A DNA stretch of 64,000 nt, from assembly GCA_964016885.1 (NCBI GenBank), contig OZ024747.1, positions 83,514,001 through 83,578,000 on the forward strand, in the 5' to 3' direction. The notes beneath the pieces are model-generated. The model saw only the letters and a list, made by a program, of their open reading frames with translations, did not search any database and had not been told where the DNA came from. The stretch's first letter is position 1. Every line of letters begins with the position of its first letter. Origin of the DNA: Eledone cirrhosa. Lineage: Eukaryota. Positions 1-12,450 of the stretch are shown here, one piece after another. The translations under genes were made by a program, and so were the position numbers.

Positions 1-538
1 ACACATTTACACAGATGCTGTCTGTCTCTGCCTTACTCTCTCTATTCACCTATGCATGCATGAAGACACATATAACAGCACATATACAAGCATGCACACA
101 CATTCTTTCATGATCATACCAACCTTGCCTAGACTAGCTCTTATTCTATGGAACCCTTTTCATACCAACCTGTCCTAAACTACCTCTTATTCTATTAAAC
201 AAAACCATATATTTTAAAAGATTCTTCTTTAAATTAATATTTCTCAATATAATTTTATATGAGAATTCTGTTTTAATTACTATTTTAGTATAAGAAAATA
301 ATTTATAATATTAATAAATTTATTAAAGTTCTTCACAAAAGGGCTGTCTGTTTTTCCAAGTTAGTATGTGTTGGCAAGGTCTTCACAGACTAATGATGAC
401 AATGATATGTTACTTATTAAATTTATTTAATTTAAATACTTTTTATCAGTAATCTTAAGAACATCTGACAATCCAGCTCCCCTATAGTTAATACTCTGTT
501 TCTTTTTTATCTTTGTGATTGTATCTTTGTGTGTTGTC

Positions 539-766
539 TTAACCCTTTAACATTTAAACTGGCCGTATCTGGCCAGAATTCTCTCACCTCTTTCTGTTCA
601 AACCAGCTGTAACTGGCCACTGATACTGATGTTAAGGTATTGTTCTTAAAACAAATAATATCAAAATCTCCTAGATTCAATATTATGCGAGATAATTTTG
701 TGAGGTAAAGTCTTTACCATGAAAATAGAATAGTAAATATAGAGTAATGTAAATGCTGAAGGGTTA

Positions 767-767
<1 letters not shown>
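539..767 (+). mobile_element. TTAA-flanked MITE family 1 (piggyBac-type, ~220 bp), complete copy
   Basis: TTAA-CCCTTTAACATTTA ... TAAATGCTGAAGGG-TTAA inverted ends, non-coding body. Same body recurs at 6092-6312, 11976-12203, 12972-13100 (partial), ~25258-25474, ~32005-32228 and 34475-34690. TTAA TSD with CCC...GGG termini is the piggyBac signature. Confidence 0.85.
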
Positions 768-804
<37 letters not shown>

Positions 805-1090
805 TGTGTGATGTCTGTGAATAGAATGAAAATAATTTTTTATGTGAAGTTAGAAGCATCCGACCTATTAATCTATTAAAAGACATTTATTTATTTTAAG
901 CCTTTTTTCTTTTTAGTTGTTTTTAAAAAGAAAATATGACACTTCCTTTGCTCATATTTATAGTAGTTCTCTCTTGTCATTTGAACCTAAAATTGATTCT
1001 ATTTGTTGTACTCTTCTCACTGTTGTTGCAACTGCTATCCTGCCACTTTCCAGTCACCTAGAAATTGAGTTGAGTAATAATGATTTCTAA

Positions 1091-1710
1091 TTTATGAACA
1101 AAGCCAGCAATTTGAGCAGGGTTTTATACTGATTATATCGACCCCAGTACTTGACTGATATTTTATTCTATCAATCCCAGAAGGATGAAAGGCAAAGTTG
1201 ACCTTGGTGGGATTTGAACTCAGAATGTAAAGAGAAGGTAGAAATACTTCAAAGTATTTCTTCTGGTATTCTAACAATTTTGCCAATCCACTACTCAGAG
1301 TAACAATTGTTTCTACTTTTGGCACAAGGTCAGCAATTACTCCAGTGCATTACTGGTGCTTTATTTTATTGACCCCGTAAGCATGAAAGGCAAAGTTAAC
1401 CTCGGTGTGATTTGAACTCAGAATGTAAAGGGCCGTAACTCTCTGCTGCATGGCGTCGGATCCTCTGCCGATACTGCCAATCCACTGCCCTAACTCAGAG
1501 TAACAATAATTGTACTTTTTGGCACAAGGCCAGCAATTTGATGAGAAAGAAAAAGTTGATTAAATTGATCCCAGTTTGTCATTGGTCCTTTATTTTCTTG
1601 GCCCTGTAAGGATAAAAGGCAAAGTTGACCATGGTGGGATTTGAACTGAGAACATAAAGGGCCATAACTGCTGCAAAACATTTTGCCTGATGTTTTAATG
1701 ATTCTGCCAG
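1091..1710 (-). mobile_element. Head-to-tail cluster of three tRNA-derived SINEs (family A); middle copy 1308-1492 has a 15-bp TSD
   Basis: Each copy has a B-box (GAGTTCAAATC on -), body ACTTTGCCTTTCAT and tail GGCCTTGTGCC...ACAATT. Direct repeat ACTCAGAGTAACAAT at 1293-1307 and 1493-1507. Confidence 0.85.
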
Positions 1711-1933
1711 ATATAGTTGTGCTATTATAGCAGTTGCTGTTGTTAATGATATTATTAGTAATAATGGTTAAGGCATAAAGCCAGCAGTTTCTTTAGGAGG
1801 CGGGGAAGTGAATTAAACCAACCCTAGTAGTTGATTATGTTTTATTCCATCAACCAGAGAAGGAACTATAATTTAATACTGCAAAACATTTTGTCTGAAG
1901 CTCTAACAATTTACCCCATCTACTGCCCTTAAT

Positions 1934-2100
1934 AAAACCAATTTCTAATTCAGGTGCAAGGCCAGTAATTTATTTTTTGTGTCTGTGGGGGAGAAGGGGG
2001 GGGGGGAGTCGATTATATTGATCCCAGTACTTTACTGGTACTTTATTTTATTGAACTTGAAAAGATGAAAGGCAAAGTTGACCCCAGCAGGATTTGAACT
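1934..2100 (-). mobile_element. SINE family A, 5'-truncated
   Basis: GATGAAAGGCAAAGTTGACC...GGATTTGAACT matches the reverse complement of the family A body and B-box. Confidence 0.75.
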
Positions 2101-2949
2101 ATCCAATGTTCTAATGACCTGACCTCACATCAGTAACAGCAACAGCTACTACTGCAATTGCACCACCACTGCACCATCAGCAACTATTGGTTTACTGCTG
2201 CTGTTTTAGGTTGTTGTCATTCACCTGATCAGTGATCAGGGCCCACCACAAGGAGGTCAACAAACCTGGGCCCAAGTCATCCACTCCATGACATGGCTGA
2301 GGATTCTCAGCTACTGGTCCAAAATCACTTGATGTCATGCCACCCTTTCTTTTGTCATGCTTCAAAACTCAGATTTCATCGTGTTTTAGATGTGGAGAGC
2401 TGGCTGGCAATAGACATCTCAACCTGCCCAACTGAATGTCAACCCCAAAACAGCCTTCCCTCAGGTGCTAACCTCTCAGAGGGAGTGGTTGCCCCTGAAT
2501 CGGCTATGTGCAGGTGTCGGCCAATTCAATACAATCATACACCACTGGGGGTTGTGACCATCAACAGTTTGCTAATGAGGCTCACCAGTGCAGACTGCTG
2601 AATATATACTGAATGCTCGGACCTCAGCCCACTTCAGAGTGTGGACCTCAGATACCCTAATTCCACTATCACGAGCTAGTTGTAGCACCTGTGGGACATC
2701 ATGTGATTGTTGTCTCATATGTGAGAAGAAGAAGAAGAAGGAGATCATTAGCAACAACAACAACAACAGCACCACCATTTCCTATCAACAAATTGCCAAC
2801 ACCACCACTTCTATCAACAGCAATAAAAACAGCTATCATTTGTTTCTACTCTACTTTGAAACAACAAGCAGAATATGTTTTGGTTTTGTTTAATTTTTTT
2901 TGTTTTTGTTTTTAAGAATGTTTTTGTAACTCATTGTGTACAGTTAGTT

Positions 2950-3200
2950 ACCTGTATGTGTGTGTGTGTATATGGCCTTTTGCATACATGTCTGAGTAAC
3001 TGTATGTGTGTGTATATATGTGATGTATATATATATGCATTTGCATATATGTCTATATATATGTGTGTATCTGGTATATATGTCTATATATTGTGTCTGT
3101 GTGTGTGTGCATTTGTATATATGTCTATATATAATGGGTGTGCATTATGTATATCTTACATTTGCATATATATCTATATATCTGTGTGTGTGTGTGCATC
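2950..3200. repeat. Degenerate (TG/TA)n microsatellite
   Basis: Alternating purine-pyrimidine tract; explains ORFs 2875..3234 and 3008..3301. Confidence 0.9.
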
Positions 3201-3499
3201 CTCTCTCCTTTCACAATCTCTATCTTTTTGGTAGGTTTGAGAATATCATATCACATTATGTAGATGTGTTATTTGTTTATTTTTTAATGGCTAGAATGTA
3301 GAACATAAATTCAGTTGTTGCTATTATCTATTTGGGTGGCCAACACTTAGTTTTAATAAATTAATTATAACTAAAGGTTACTTTTGCCCACACTCACAAC
3401 ATATACCTACTGTAATTTCTCTTTTCCTAACACATTCTCATTGTTTCTTCATGTTTAGCGCTTTTAAGTCTGATACACACCTCAGTCACTGGGCCCAAT

Positions 3500-3790
3500 A
3501 AAGGGTGTTTATCTCACAATCCTAAAGTCATGAGTTCAATTCTTGGTGGTGCATTGTCTTTGAGGAAGATACTTTATTTCACATTACTTCAGTCTACTCA
3601 GCTGGTAAAAATGAGTGATACCTGTAATTTAAGAGGCCAGCCTGGTCATACCCTGAGAACTCTGCTCAAAGTACAGGTGTCTCTGTGGAATGTTCAGCCA
3701 CTTGTGTTAATTTCATAAACAGACTGTTCTGTTGACTGAATTGACTGGAACCCTCATTGTCACAGTCAATAGAAGTCCAACATAGTTTTC
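3500..3790 (+). mobile_element. tRNA/CORE-type SINE
   Basis: B-box GAGTTCAATTC followed by TGTCTTTGAGGAAGATACTT (CORE-like CCTTGRGCAAG.CACTT). Related heads at ~17180, 22755, 35200, 41450, 41690, 42755, 43490 and 53905. Confidence 0.65.
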
Positions 3791-5254
3791 ATTATCATTT
3801 TACCCATTGTTTGTGTAAATTCTGCTCAGATTTCCTTCTTAACCTTTTCTCTATCAACCCACCTAAGATCACCCATGATTCTATGATATAAAACCTCTAA
3901 TTTTTACTTGATTTATATTCCAATTAAAACCTGTTTTATGTAAGAAATGTTTGTAATGTTCCAAATACTACTAGTTTAATAATGAGAATCCATCCAAATT
4001 TTTTAATTATTATTTTTGAAATTATTTGAAACACAGTATTTTTTTTTATTAGAGACATTGTATTGAAAGGGTTATCAAATACTCTCCCTGGTAAAGAAAT
4101 TACTGTTCCTTTCACTACTATCTCAATGGTTAGATTTGTTTCATTAAATCAGAACTAGTTTTGACTGGACTAGTATCAAATTAAGTTTTATAGACATTTT
4201 AAATCCAACTTTCTGATCTATTTTATTTCTTCTTCTTCAACAGCCATGTATAATGTTTACGGAATAAGGTGTAAACAATTGTCTTCATCCAAATGTTTTA
4301 ATAACTTACATATAAGAATTGACCTTTACTGCTTTCTGAAATCAAATTATATAGTTGAACTCTTGCAATGCTTGACCTGTGTTAACATCTTAGCTTCAAA
4401 TTGCTTCATTTTGTTAGTCTGTGAGGAACTGATGTTTCTAACATAAGTAATCCATAAACAAGAAGAAAGAAAAAACATATATATATTTTGAAAATGAAAG
4501 AAAGGAGAAAGAGAGGGGCATACTCTACATTGCTGTCTATGCAGCTTATTTCAACCATAAACTATATCAACTTCTGAGATAAAATGTGTTATTTCTACTG
4601 TTCTCAAGTTATATAACTGTTAAGAATAATTGAAAAAAAATTATCTTTTAAAATGTATATGTAGGGATGAGGGAAGGTGTGTGAAAGTTGATGTAAAAAC
4701 GATGGTGATGATGAAGATCCACGTTCCCTTTGAAATACAAAGGCAAAAGCATATGGCATAGTAACCTTTGATCACACAAGCAAGATGTGATGAAACATGT
4801 AAAACTGTTTATCATTACACTAGTAAAACTATCTCACTATCAGCGTCTTGAACTGTCATCTCACCTGGAAGAAGAGAATGGAGATGATTCAATTGTAAAT
4901 CAATTCATCTGATATTTTAAAAATTAATAGGAACTTTATATTCACTATAAAATTCCTATTAATTTCATAAAATACACTGTTTGAATTAATTAATGAAAGA
5001 TTTGTAGAGATTTACTAAAATTATTTTAATTATTAAGATGGTATTTGTAACATAAATAGGTTTTTATATAAAATTATGTTATAATTCAAATAAGAACCTT
5101 TTAAATGGATGATCTTGTTCCATTGAGCCAGAGGCAGTTCATCTTGATGTGATCTAAGAGTCATAGAAATCATGTCAAAAAGTATGGAGAGGACTGTCCA
5201 GCTGTGTCAAGGACATAACCTCTTTAGTGTCAGTATCATGATAAAATACACTTG

Positions 5255-5432
5255 TTGGTATTAGGAAGGGTGTGCAGCCATAGAAACCATGTCAAAAATA
5301 GAATATTTTGAGTGATATGTAGTCTTCTGACCCATGTAAGAGAACTAGCTTCAATAAAGTTGTATCTTGGTGTATAATAACCCATACAACCCATGCCAGC
5401 ATGGAAAAATGGATATAAAATGATGGTAATGA
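5255..5432 (+). mobile_element. RTE-type SINE with AGGAAGGG motif and (GAT)n-like tail
   Basis: GTTGGTATTAGGAAGGGTGTGCAGCCATAGAAACC ... CCCATGCCAGCATGGAAAAATGGATATAAAATGATG; same architecture at 14130-14345, 43630-43783 and 43850-44142. Confidence 0.7.
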
Positions 5433-6091
5433 TATCCATTCTTTGTTGCCTGATTGTTTCTTTATTGACCTTACATCAATCTTTCTTTTGTCTATTTCAT
5501 TCACACATTTTATATATACATTGGGGATATATCTAAAATTGATGTTTTTCTTTCTACTTTCAGAAGTTGTATCCTCCAATAAAAGTTTTGGTATGTATTC
5601 AGTTAATTTGGTTATTATCTATTTGTTTCAGATTTGTGGTGTCCTATTGATTCTTATCTTGTAATTTAGCAGAAAATTTCTAAAAAATGTGTTGGTTTCT
5701 TAATTCAAAAGTTTGTAGTACTTTTACTAATGGACAAATCATTGTGAACAATTGTAGTATTAGAGTAAAAACGTTTTTAATGTGAAACTGTCACAGTGCT
5801 GTTTTGTAATTTTTAAGTATGTCTTGCAAATGTGGTTTCATGTGGTACAGAACTTTTAAGAGTTAATACTATAAGATTTATTGTGGATGCAGCATGGCTT
5901 GAATGGTTAAATTTGCATTTGCAATCATAAAGTCCCAAGTTCGATACAGCCTTGTGTTAAATATTGACTCAAGACAAGTGAAATTGAATAGATGGAAACT
6001 GTTTGTAAGCCTGTCATATGGACTGTGCCTGTCATTCAAAGGGCCAGCTTTGCCACACACTGTGTCATGTTTAATCCCCTTGTAAATTACA

Positions 6092-6312
6092 TTAACCCTT
6101 TAGTATTTACATTACTCTATATATACTATTGTATTTTTGTGGGAAGGGCTTTATCTTACATAATTATCTCACATGATATTGAGATTTTGATGTTATTTAT
6201 TTTGAGAACATTACCTTAACATCAGTATGAGCGGCCAGTTACAGCCGCTTTGAGCTGAAAGAGGTGAGAAAATTCTGGCCAGATATAGCTGGTTTAAATG
6301 CTAAAGGATTAA
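6092..6312 (-). mobile_element. MITE family 1 inserted at a TTAA inside a CORE-type SINE (~5895-6345)
   Basis: TTAA on both sides. Flanks AATTACA|TTAA|ACATACACATGTCTGTGGAATG rejoin to match uninterrupted SINE copies (30751-30790; reverse at 40100-40140). Confidence 0.85.
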
Positions 6313-7596
6313 ACATACACATGTCTGTGGAATGTTCAGTGCTTGAATACTCTTTCAGAGGGTTTATGCCAGAACTTTAATGGTAAACAAATTAGTGGTG
6401 AAGTGGTTTCAGGGGCGAGTTATTTAATTCAAGTTTTCTGGAAACTATATTCCCTTGTGCTTTCAGCTCATTATTTCTTTTTTTTATATAAAAAAAACTT
6501 TTAATGGGAAAAATAACCAAATTTACTTCCTTTTTGCAATCTTTTATTCATAAGAATTTAGTGATCATGACAGTTTCTAGAATGGCACTGTTTGCTCTTA
6601 ATCACACACACACACACACAAACACCTGCATATGTTTCTTTCTTACATGTGCGTGTGCACACACGCAGAGAGAAAGAGATGTATATATATATATATATGA
6701 GTTTCTTTAATGAATTTATCTTAAAATAGAGCTTAGATCACTGAGAAGATATTAAGTCTCCCCCCCCCCCCCCTCTCTCTCTCTCTCTCTGAGCACAGAT
6801 GTCTCTTTCCCTACAATACACTCTTAAAGATAATTATTGATATCTGAGAAAAACTATGTATATACTATTTTTTAATTTTTAGTTTTTTTTTTTACACTGC
6901 TAAACCTTTACGCCTAGTAGTTTAAAAAAACAAACAAAACAAAAGACCTGAGTAACACGTGCAGAGTTATTTAAGCAACAAGAATTGAAGATGGAAACAA
7001 GTATGAAATCAATTGGAATTACTTTAAAACTTAACAGGCAGGCATTGGTTTTTCCAGCTTATAATCTACACACATACATAAAAGATTGGTCTTGGTAGTT
7101 GCTGGCATTGGTACTCTGCCAGAATTAGTATTAGCAAGATTTCTATTTCAAATCTGAAGTGATCTTGTCCTGTAAATTTGCCAAAATGGTAAAATAAAGG
7201 ATTTATATTATTATTATTATTATTATCATTATTATGCAATGTCTATCTACCATATGGTTGGCAAGAATTTCAATTGAACTCTTATTCATGTTGTATACTA
7301 TTATTATCATGGCACATTAATAAACTCAAGTATATAAATCATCTATATGATTTATATAATTGTATAATTTGATTTATTGCAAATTGAACCATGTGGTTAC
7401 AGCTTTAGTTTCACTGTGAGACACCTTTGGCATGTGTCTTCTACTAGAACCTTGCGTTGATCAATGCCTGGGGAGAGAAATTTGGTAGATGGAAACTTGT
7501 GTCGAAGCCCATTGTGTGTGTGTGTGTTCACAGTTAAGCAGAATCTGGGTAATAAGAACAATGGAGGGTTGATAAAGTTGTTGCCAATCTGACAGG

Positions 7597-8087
7597 AAGA
7601 GCAGGAAGTTCACCCTCAAAACAACGATGAGATTCTACAACAGCAACGTACTGTCCACACTCTTGTACAGAAGTGAAACATGGCACCTTAAGACCAGCCA
7701 AGAGAAGAAGTTGGACGCATTCGATTTCAGATGTCTGCAAAAGATCCTGGGGATTAAATGGAGTGACCATGTAACAAACCAGGAAGTCAGGAACCGCACC
7801 AACCAGCAGCTAGTCTCTTCTACCATCTGCAAGCGACGCCTGGGCTGGTTTGGACACGCTTTGAGACTTGCCTGGAGAGACTGGCGAACCAAGTACTTAA
7901 ATGGAGCCCGCAGGGAAGCAGACGGAGAGGGCGACCCAAAATGAACTGGCGCCAGACAGTTGAGAGGAACCTGCGAGCGACAAACAGACAATGGCGGGAT
8001 GCTGTGCAACTGGCTGCTGACCGAACACGATGGAACACCATGATTGCCTCATGCGTTGCAAGACGCGGGAGCTTCTGAGTCTGAGTG
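7597..8087 (+). mobile_element. 5'-truncated RTE-clade LINE (ORF C-terminus, frameshifted) with 11-bp TSD
   Basis: LLYRSETW...LDAFDFRCLQKILGIKWSDHVTNQEV...RRLGWFGH, then in another frame WSPQGSRRRGRP...AADRTRW. Tail (CTGAGT)2. TSD AATCTGACAGG at 7586-7596 and 8088-8098. Confidence 0.92.
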
Positions 8088-8344
8088 AATCTGACAGGGT
8101 AGTAAGATTGTCTTTTGTTATTGTATTATTATCAATGTTATAATATTGTAGTTTTTTTATTTATATGTTTTTTATAATTTAATATTTTGTTTGGTGTGTC
8201 TTTAGTAGTTTAGGTTTGGTTTTAAATCATTTACTTTTATGTTGGTGGTAGGGTTATAAAAAGAAATATATGTACACGTGTGCATATATATATATATGTG
8301 TGTGTCTGTCTGTCTGTATCTGTGCTTATATTTCTTGTTTGTTT

Positions 8345-8556
8345 ATGTCCCATAACTTAGTGGTTCAACAAAAATGAGATGAAAAAAGTAAGTGCCAAAC
8401 TTGAAAAAAAACTAAATACTGGGATTGATATTATTGACTGAACCCCTTTCTATTATTGACTGAACCCCTTTCTATTATTGATTGAACCCCTTTCAAGATA
8501 GAGACTAGGATTGGCTACAGTCTAATGACTGAAACTAGTAAATTCAGTAAAAGAAT
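8345..8556 (+). mobile_element. SINE family B copy containing a 22-bp x3 tandem repeat
   Basis: Tail GGCTACAGTCTAATGACTGAAACTAGTAAA shared with 25475-25530 and, reversed, with 42965-43020, 56595-56650 and 57020-57080. TATTATTGACTGAACCCCTTTC x3 at ~8429-8494. Confidence 0.65.
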
Positions 8557-9733
8557 ATGTCTTTCTTTAAATGACTAACCCTTTTGATAACAAACTGCCT
8601 GAAACCATCTCTGGTTCTATGATACAAAACTTCATTTTCAGACATAGTGTATCTAGGACTGAATTATACAATGACTTCCTTTTTTGTCATCTTATTGCTG
8701 TTACAGCTCACTGTATGCAGGTTTAACTGACCTCCTATGAGGTTGCATCTCATACGAAGTTTCTCAGTTGTTTTAATGAGTACCAATATCTGTAACAGAT
8801 GTAGGGTTTAACCTCTCCCTACATCATCTACCTGTTGCTTGTATTCATTTTTTTCACCTGAGTGGACTTGAAATAAAGTGTCTTGCTCAAGAACATAAAC
8901 TACTGCTAAGTCCAGTAACTGTTAGGTCACACTCATTTGTGTTATGATGGATGCAGTTTGAATATGATTTAGCTACTATTTTTATCAAGTCTAGTTGCCA
9001 TGTAATAATTCATTCTTTGGTTCTTCCTTTCCAAGCCTCAGTTGTGATTGCTTTTGTTCAGCTTCAGTCCAATCCTGATCCAGCAGATATAGGATCAAAG
9101 GCATTCCAACCATGACCATCCTATCTTTTTTGGCCACTACACTATTAGCCCTACATTATACATCTTTCTTTTCTTATCATGGGTGCGGTTTGAGTATTAT
9201 TTGCTCACTATTTTTAGCAAATCTAGTTACATGTAGTAGTTTCTTCTTTGGCTCTCCCTTTCTAAGCCCCAGTCTGTGAACTTAGTTATAATGTTCTCAG
9301 AAACACATTATCAGTTGTTCACGGTTCTTGGGTTTTTGCGTACACAAATCGTGGCTTATCTCTCTGTCTCTAAACTGCTTATCTCACATTTACTTACAGC
9401 CAGTTAAGATATGGGAAAACACACTTGATGCATGTTCATTCACAGGGGGATCAGTGAGTTGTTTTCATGTTGAGAGGAAAGATTTCAGACTCAATATATA
9501 ATAGATATAATATAGAAAAAATTTGTTTGATAGCATCTGAATTTATGTATGTTTGAATATACAGTTACTAATATTAAGACATATGTATAGTCCTGTGTAG
9601 TCTTATTAAGGTCGAGTTAGTGTCCTGTTACTCTGGAGTTTTGCCTGTTGTGTTTACAGGGTCTTCAGACAGTTATGACTGTCCGATAGACCTGTAAACA
9701 GACAGGCAACACTCATGCATGCATATGTATATA

Positions 9734-9832
9734 CAGTCCTATACCAGCAAGACAACCAATCTTGCCTCACGTGGGACAATTCCCGTTTAAACCCATGCTA
9801 GCGTGGAAGATAGACGTTAAATGATGATGATA
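9734..9832 (+). mobile_element. 3' part of RTE-type SINE
   Basis: Near-identical to 44035-44142 (GACAACCAATCTTGCCTCACGTGGGACAATTCCCGT...GACGTTAAA(T/C)GATGATGAT). Confidence 0.85.
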
Positions 9833-9891
9833 TGAAAAGTAAATGGATAAATAACACAGAAAAAATTATACAGTACAATGTTGAAATATAT

Positions 9892-10010
9892 ATCATCATA
9901 ATCATCATCACCGTTTTACGTCCGTTCTTACACACTAGCATGGGTTAGACGGGTTGTCCTGTTGTGAGCAGTGTCCGGTCGGCTGACCTTGTCTTGCTCA
10001 TACGGGAACT
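9892..10010 (-). mobile_element. 3' part of a related RTE-type SINE
   Basis: (CAT)n...CACACTAGCATGGGTTAGACGGGTTGTCCTGTT; homologous to 61712-61820. Confidence 0.8.
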
Positions 10011-10066
10011 GATTTATATATATATATATATATTTGTTTAATGATTAATATAGTAGGAAAAAAGTG

Positions 10067-10102
10067 TCTTAATGTTTTGGACGTTAGTCTTTCATCAGAA
10101 GA
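10067..10102 (-). pseudogene. Decayed minimal hammerhead ribozyme (Penelope-like pLTR relic)
   Basis: Minus strand TCTT-CTGATGA-A-AGAC-TAAC-GTCC-AAAA-CATT-AAGA. Differs from the intact copy at 62330-62365 by four G>A changes, including core G12; flanks are also homologous. Confidence 0.75.
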
Positions 10103-10869
10103 TAGAATGAAAAATTAAAGAAGAAATAGAAATATAGATGAGAGTGAGAAGAAGAAAAGAAAATCATTTTTTGGAGAGAAAGCAGGTGTGTGTACGTGGC
10201 TATGTGTAATGTCTATTTTCAGAACTTACTCTTCATGTGTCAATATTCTGAGAGGAGACAATTATTTGTTATTTTATTTATTATTTGAAAAATATGGAAA
10301 AAGAGTAAACTAAGCTGTATAATTTGGGAGATTCACCTCTTCTGATATCAAACTGACTTAAACCATGTTTTATGATACAATATCTTTTGTTTTAAAATGC
10401 TTATATTTTAATTTAAATCTTCCATCATAATTTTATGTAAAAAAAAAATTCTTTAAGTTATGATTTAAACAGTAGCTTAAAAACTGAAAGTTATTTTATT
10501 AAGCCCCTCAAAATTCTTGATTATTTTCAAAATGTTTTGAAAATCATAGACAGGTTCCCAACATTGGCATTAGATAAAATATCAGTATAAGATAAGGGAG
10601 CAGGGGTGACAAGTAATTCATTACAAATTTGACATTAGAGAAGGGAGATACATTTACTTATATACATCTATAGCTCCTTAACCCTTTTGATACCAAACTG
10701 TCTGAAACTACCTCTGGTTCTCATTCTAAAGTGTTTGTTTTAGTCTTTATATTTATCTAAAATCTTTCATCATAATTTAATCTAAGAACCATTGTTAAGT
10801 TGTTTCAAACACAAGCTTAAAAAAAGAGAGAAATAGTTATTTTACTACCCCCCCCCCCAATTCTTGATT

Positions 10870-11165
10870 CTTCTTCATCATTGTCATCGTTGTCGTCACC
10901 GTGGGGGAAGAGTTCTCAAACACACTTTCCAGTGGGTCCTGTCAAAAGCAACCATCTCTAATTTATCCTGCTAGGTCCCCAAGCAAAACCAGATAAGCTC
11001 ATGGATGTTCTCCAATCACCTTGCCCAGGGTCATGCCTGGGTCTCCTGCTGGTTGGTTTTGCCAGTAAAATCTGTCCAGTGATTCTTTTCTGAGAAATTC
11101 TAACTACATGTCTATAATATCGGAGTTGTGCTCTCTTAATTTGTAGAAGTACGGCTCTACTAGGA
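10870..11165 (-). mobile_element. RTE LINE 3' fragment (Rex3/Expander-like) nested in a family-2 MITE (10678-11216)
   Basis: Reverse complement aligns with 45805-46040 (AAAACCAACCAGCAGGAGACCCAGG; TGACAGGACCCACTGGAA). MITE sequence resumes after 11175. Confidence 0.8.
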
Positions 11166-11975
11166 GCTATGCATAGGCATTGTATTTCATTAGAAATATG
11201 GTGACGAATGGGTTACAATTTAGATGTCAGCCACTACATCAGGGTTCCCAATTTATGGTAGGTTTATTGATTCTGGATTTGTACATATTTTCAGTTATAA
11301 TTAAAAACAATTTGAGAAAAAAAAAATTGAAGTAAGTCTGTTTATCAAAATGCTAATTTGTTTTCTTTCTACCATTTTGGACTTAATATCTGTTTTTTCT
11401 GCTTCTTAATTACCACATTGCCAAATACAACAAATGCTTTATGGCTGTTTTCCCTGCTAAAGCTATGGTTAGCCTTGTAGCCCCCCCCCCCCCCCCTCCC
11501 GACAAGTGTAACGGAGTCCTTTTTTGAGGCAGTATTTTACATCTGAATGCCCTTCTTCACAAACCTTTTTACTTGCCTCTTAATATTTCTTAATTACCAC
11601 TTTGCCAATGTAATAGTTTAATTCAGAGGTGAATAGCTCTTCAAAGAAATGAATGACAAAGTAGAAAGCAAACATCAACATAAAATAAACAGCAAGAATG
11701 ACCAACAAGCAGTTAACCATGTTGATGTTTTCTTTCTACTTAAAATAATTTAAAATACTAATAGTATTTTTTATTTTCTCATTGTCAATTACTGGACAAA
11801 GTAATGGGGGTAAATTTACTTTCGAAAAGTTGCTGTAGATGAAAAAGGTTGGGAACTCTTACACTATATATTGAAAATTTTGACATACTGCTAATTTAAA
11901 TTATTTATCTAAAACTTGCCAATCCTTCAGAGTTAAATTATATTTCTATTTGTTTTCCAGGTAAATTAGAGTAAC

Positions 11976-12203
11976 TTAACCCTTTAGCATTCACATTACT
12001 CTATATTTACTATTGTATTTTCACAGAAAAGGCTTTACCTCACATAATTATGTTATATAGTATCAAATCTATAAGATTTTGATATTATTTATTTTGAGAA
12101 CAATACCTAAAGTCAGTATGAGGGGCCAGTTATGGCCAGTTTGAACAGAAAGAGGTGAGAAAATTCTGGCCAGATATGGCTGGTTTAAATGCTAAAGGGT
12201 TAA
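11976..12203 (-). mobile_element. MITE family 1, complete copy
   Basis: TTAACCCTTTAGCATT ... AATGCTAAAGGGTTAA, perfect inverted ends. Confidence 0.9.
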
Positions 12204-12217
12204 GTATGATACATTAC

Positions 12218-12450
12218 TTAACCCTTTCTATACTAATCCACCCAAAACACAGGTTCTATGGAATAAAACCATCCATTTAAAATGTTCTTATTTAAATTAA
12301 AATCTCCTAACATAATTTTATATAAAAACCTTTTTGTTATGTTACAAATACCTCATAATAATCAAAATAATTTTAGTGAATACCTCAAAATTGTTCATTG
12401 ATTAATTCAAATAATGTATTTTATCAAAAATATGGTAATGAAAGGGTCAA
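12218..12450 (+). mobile_element. TTAA-flanked MITE family 2 (older, ~230-250 bp, AT-rich)
   Basis: Consensus left end TTAACCCTTTTGATACCAAAC...GGTTCTATGATACAAAA, right end TTAGAAATATGGTAA.GAAAGGGTTAA. Roughly twenty diverged copies, e.g. ~3838-4075, 14407-14645, 15477-15718, 18918-19166, 23271-23522, 23700-23911, 26550-26801, 31336-31558, 48780-49004, 52434-52690. Confidence 0.8.
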
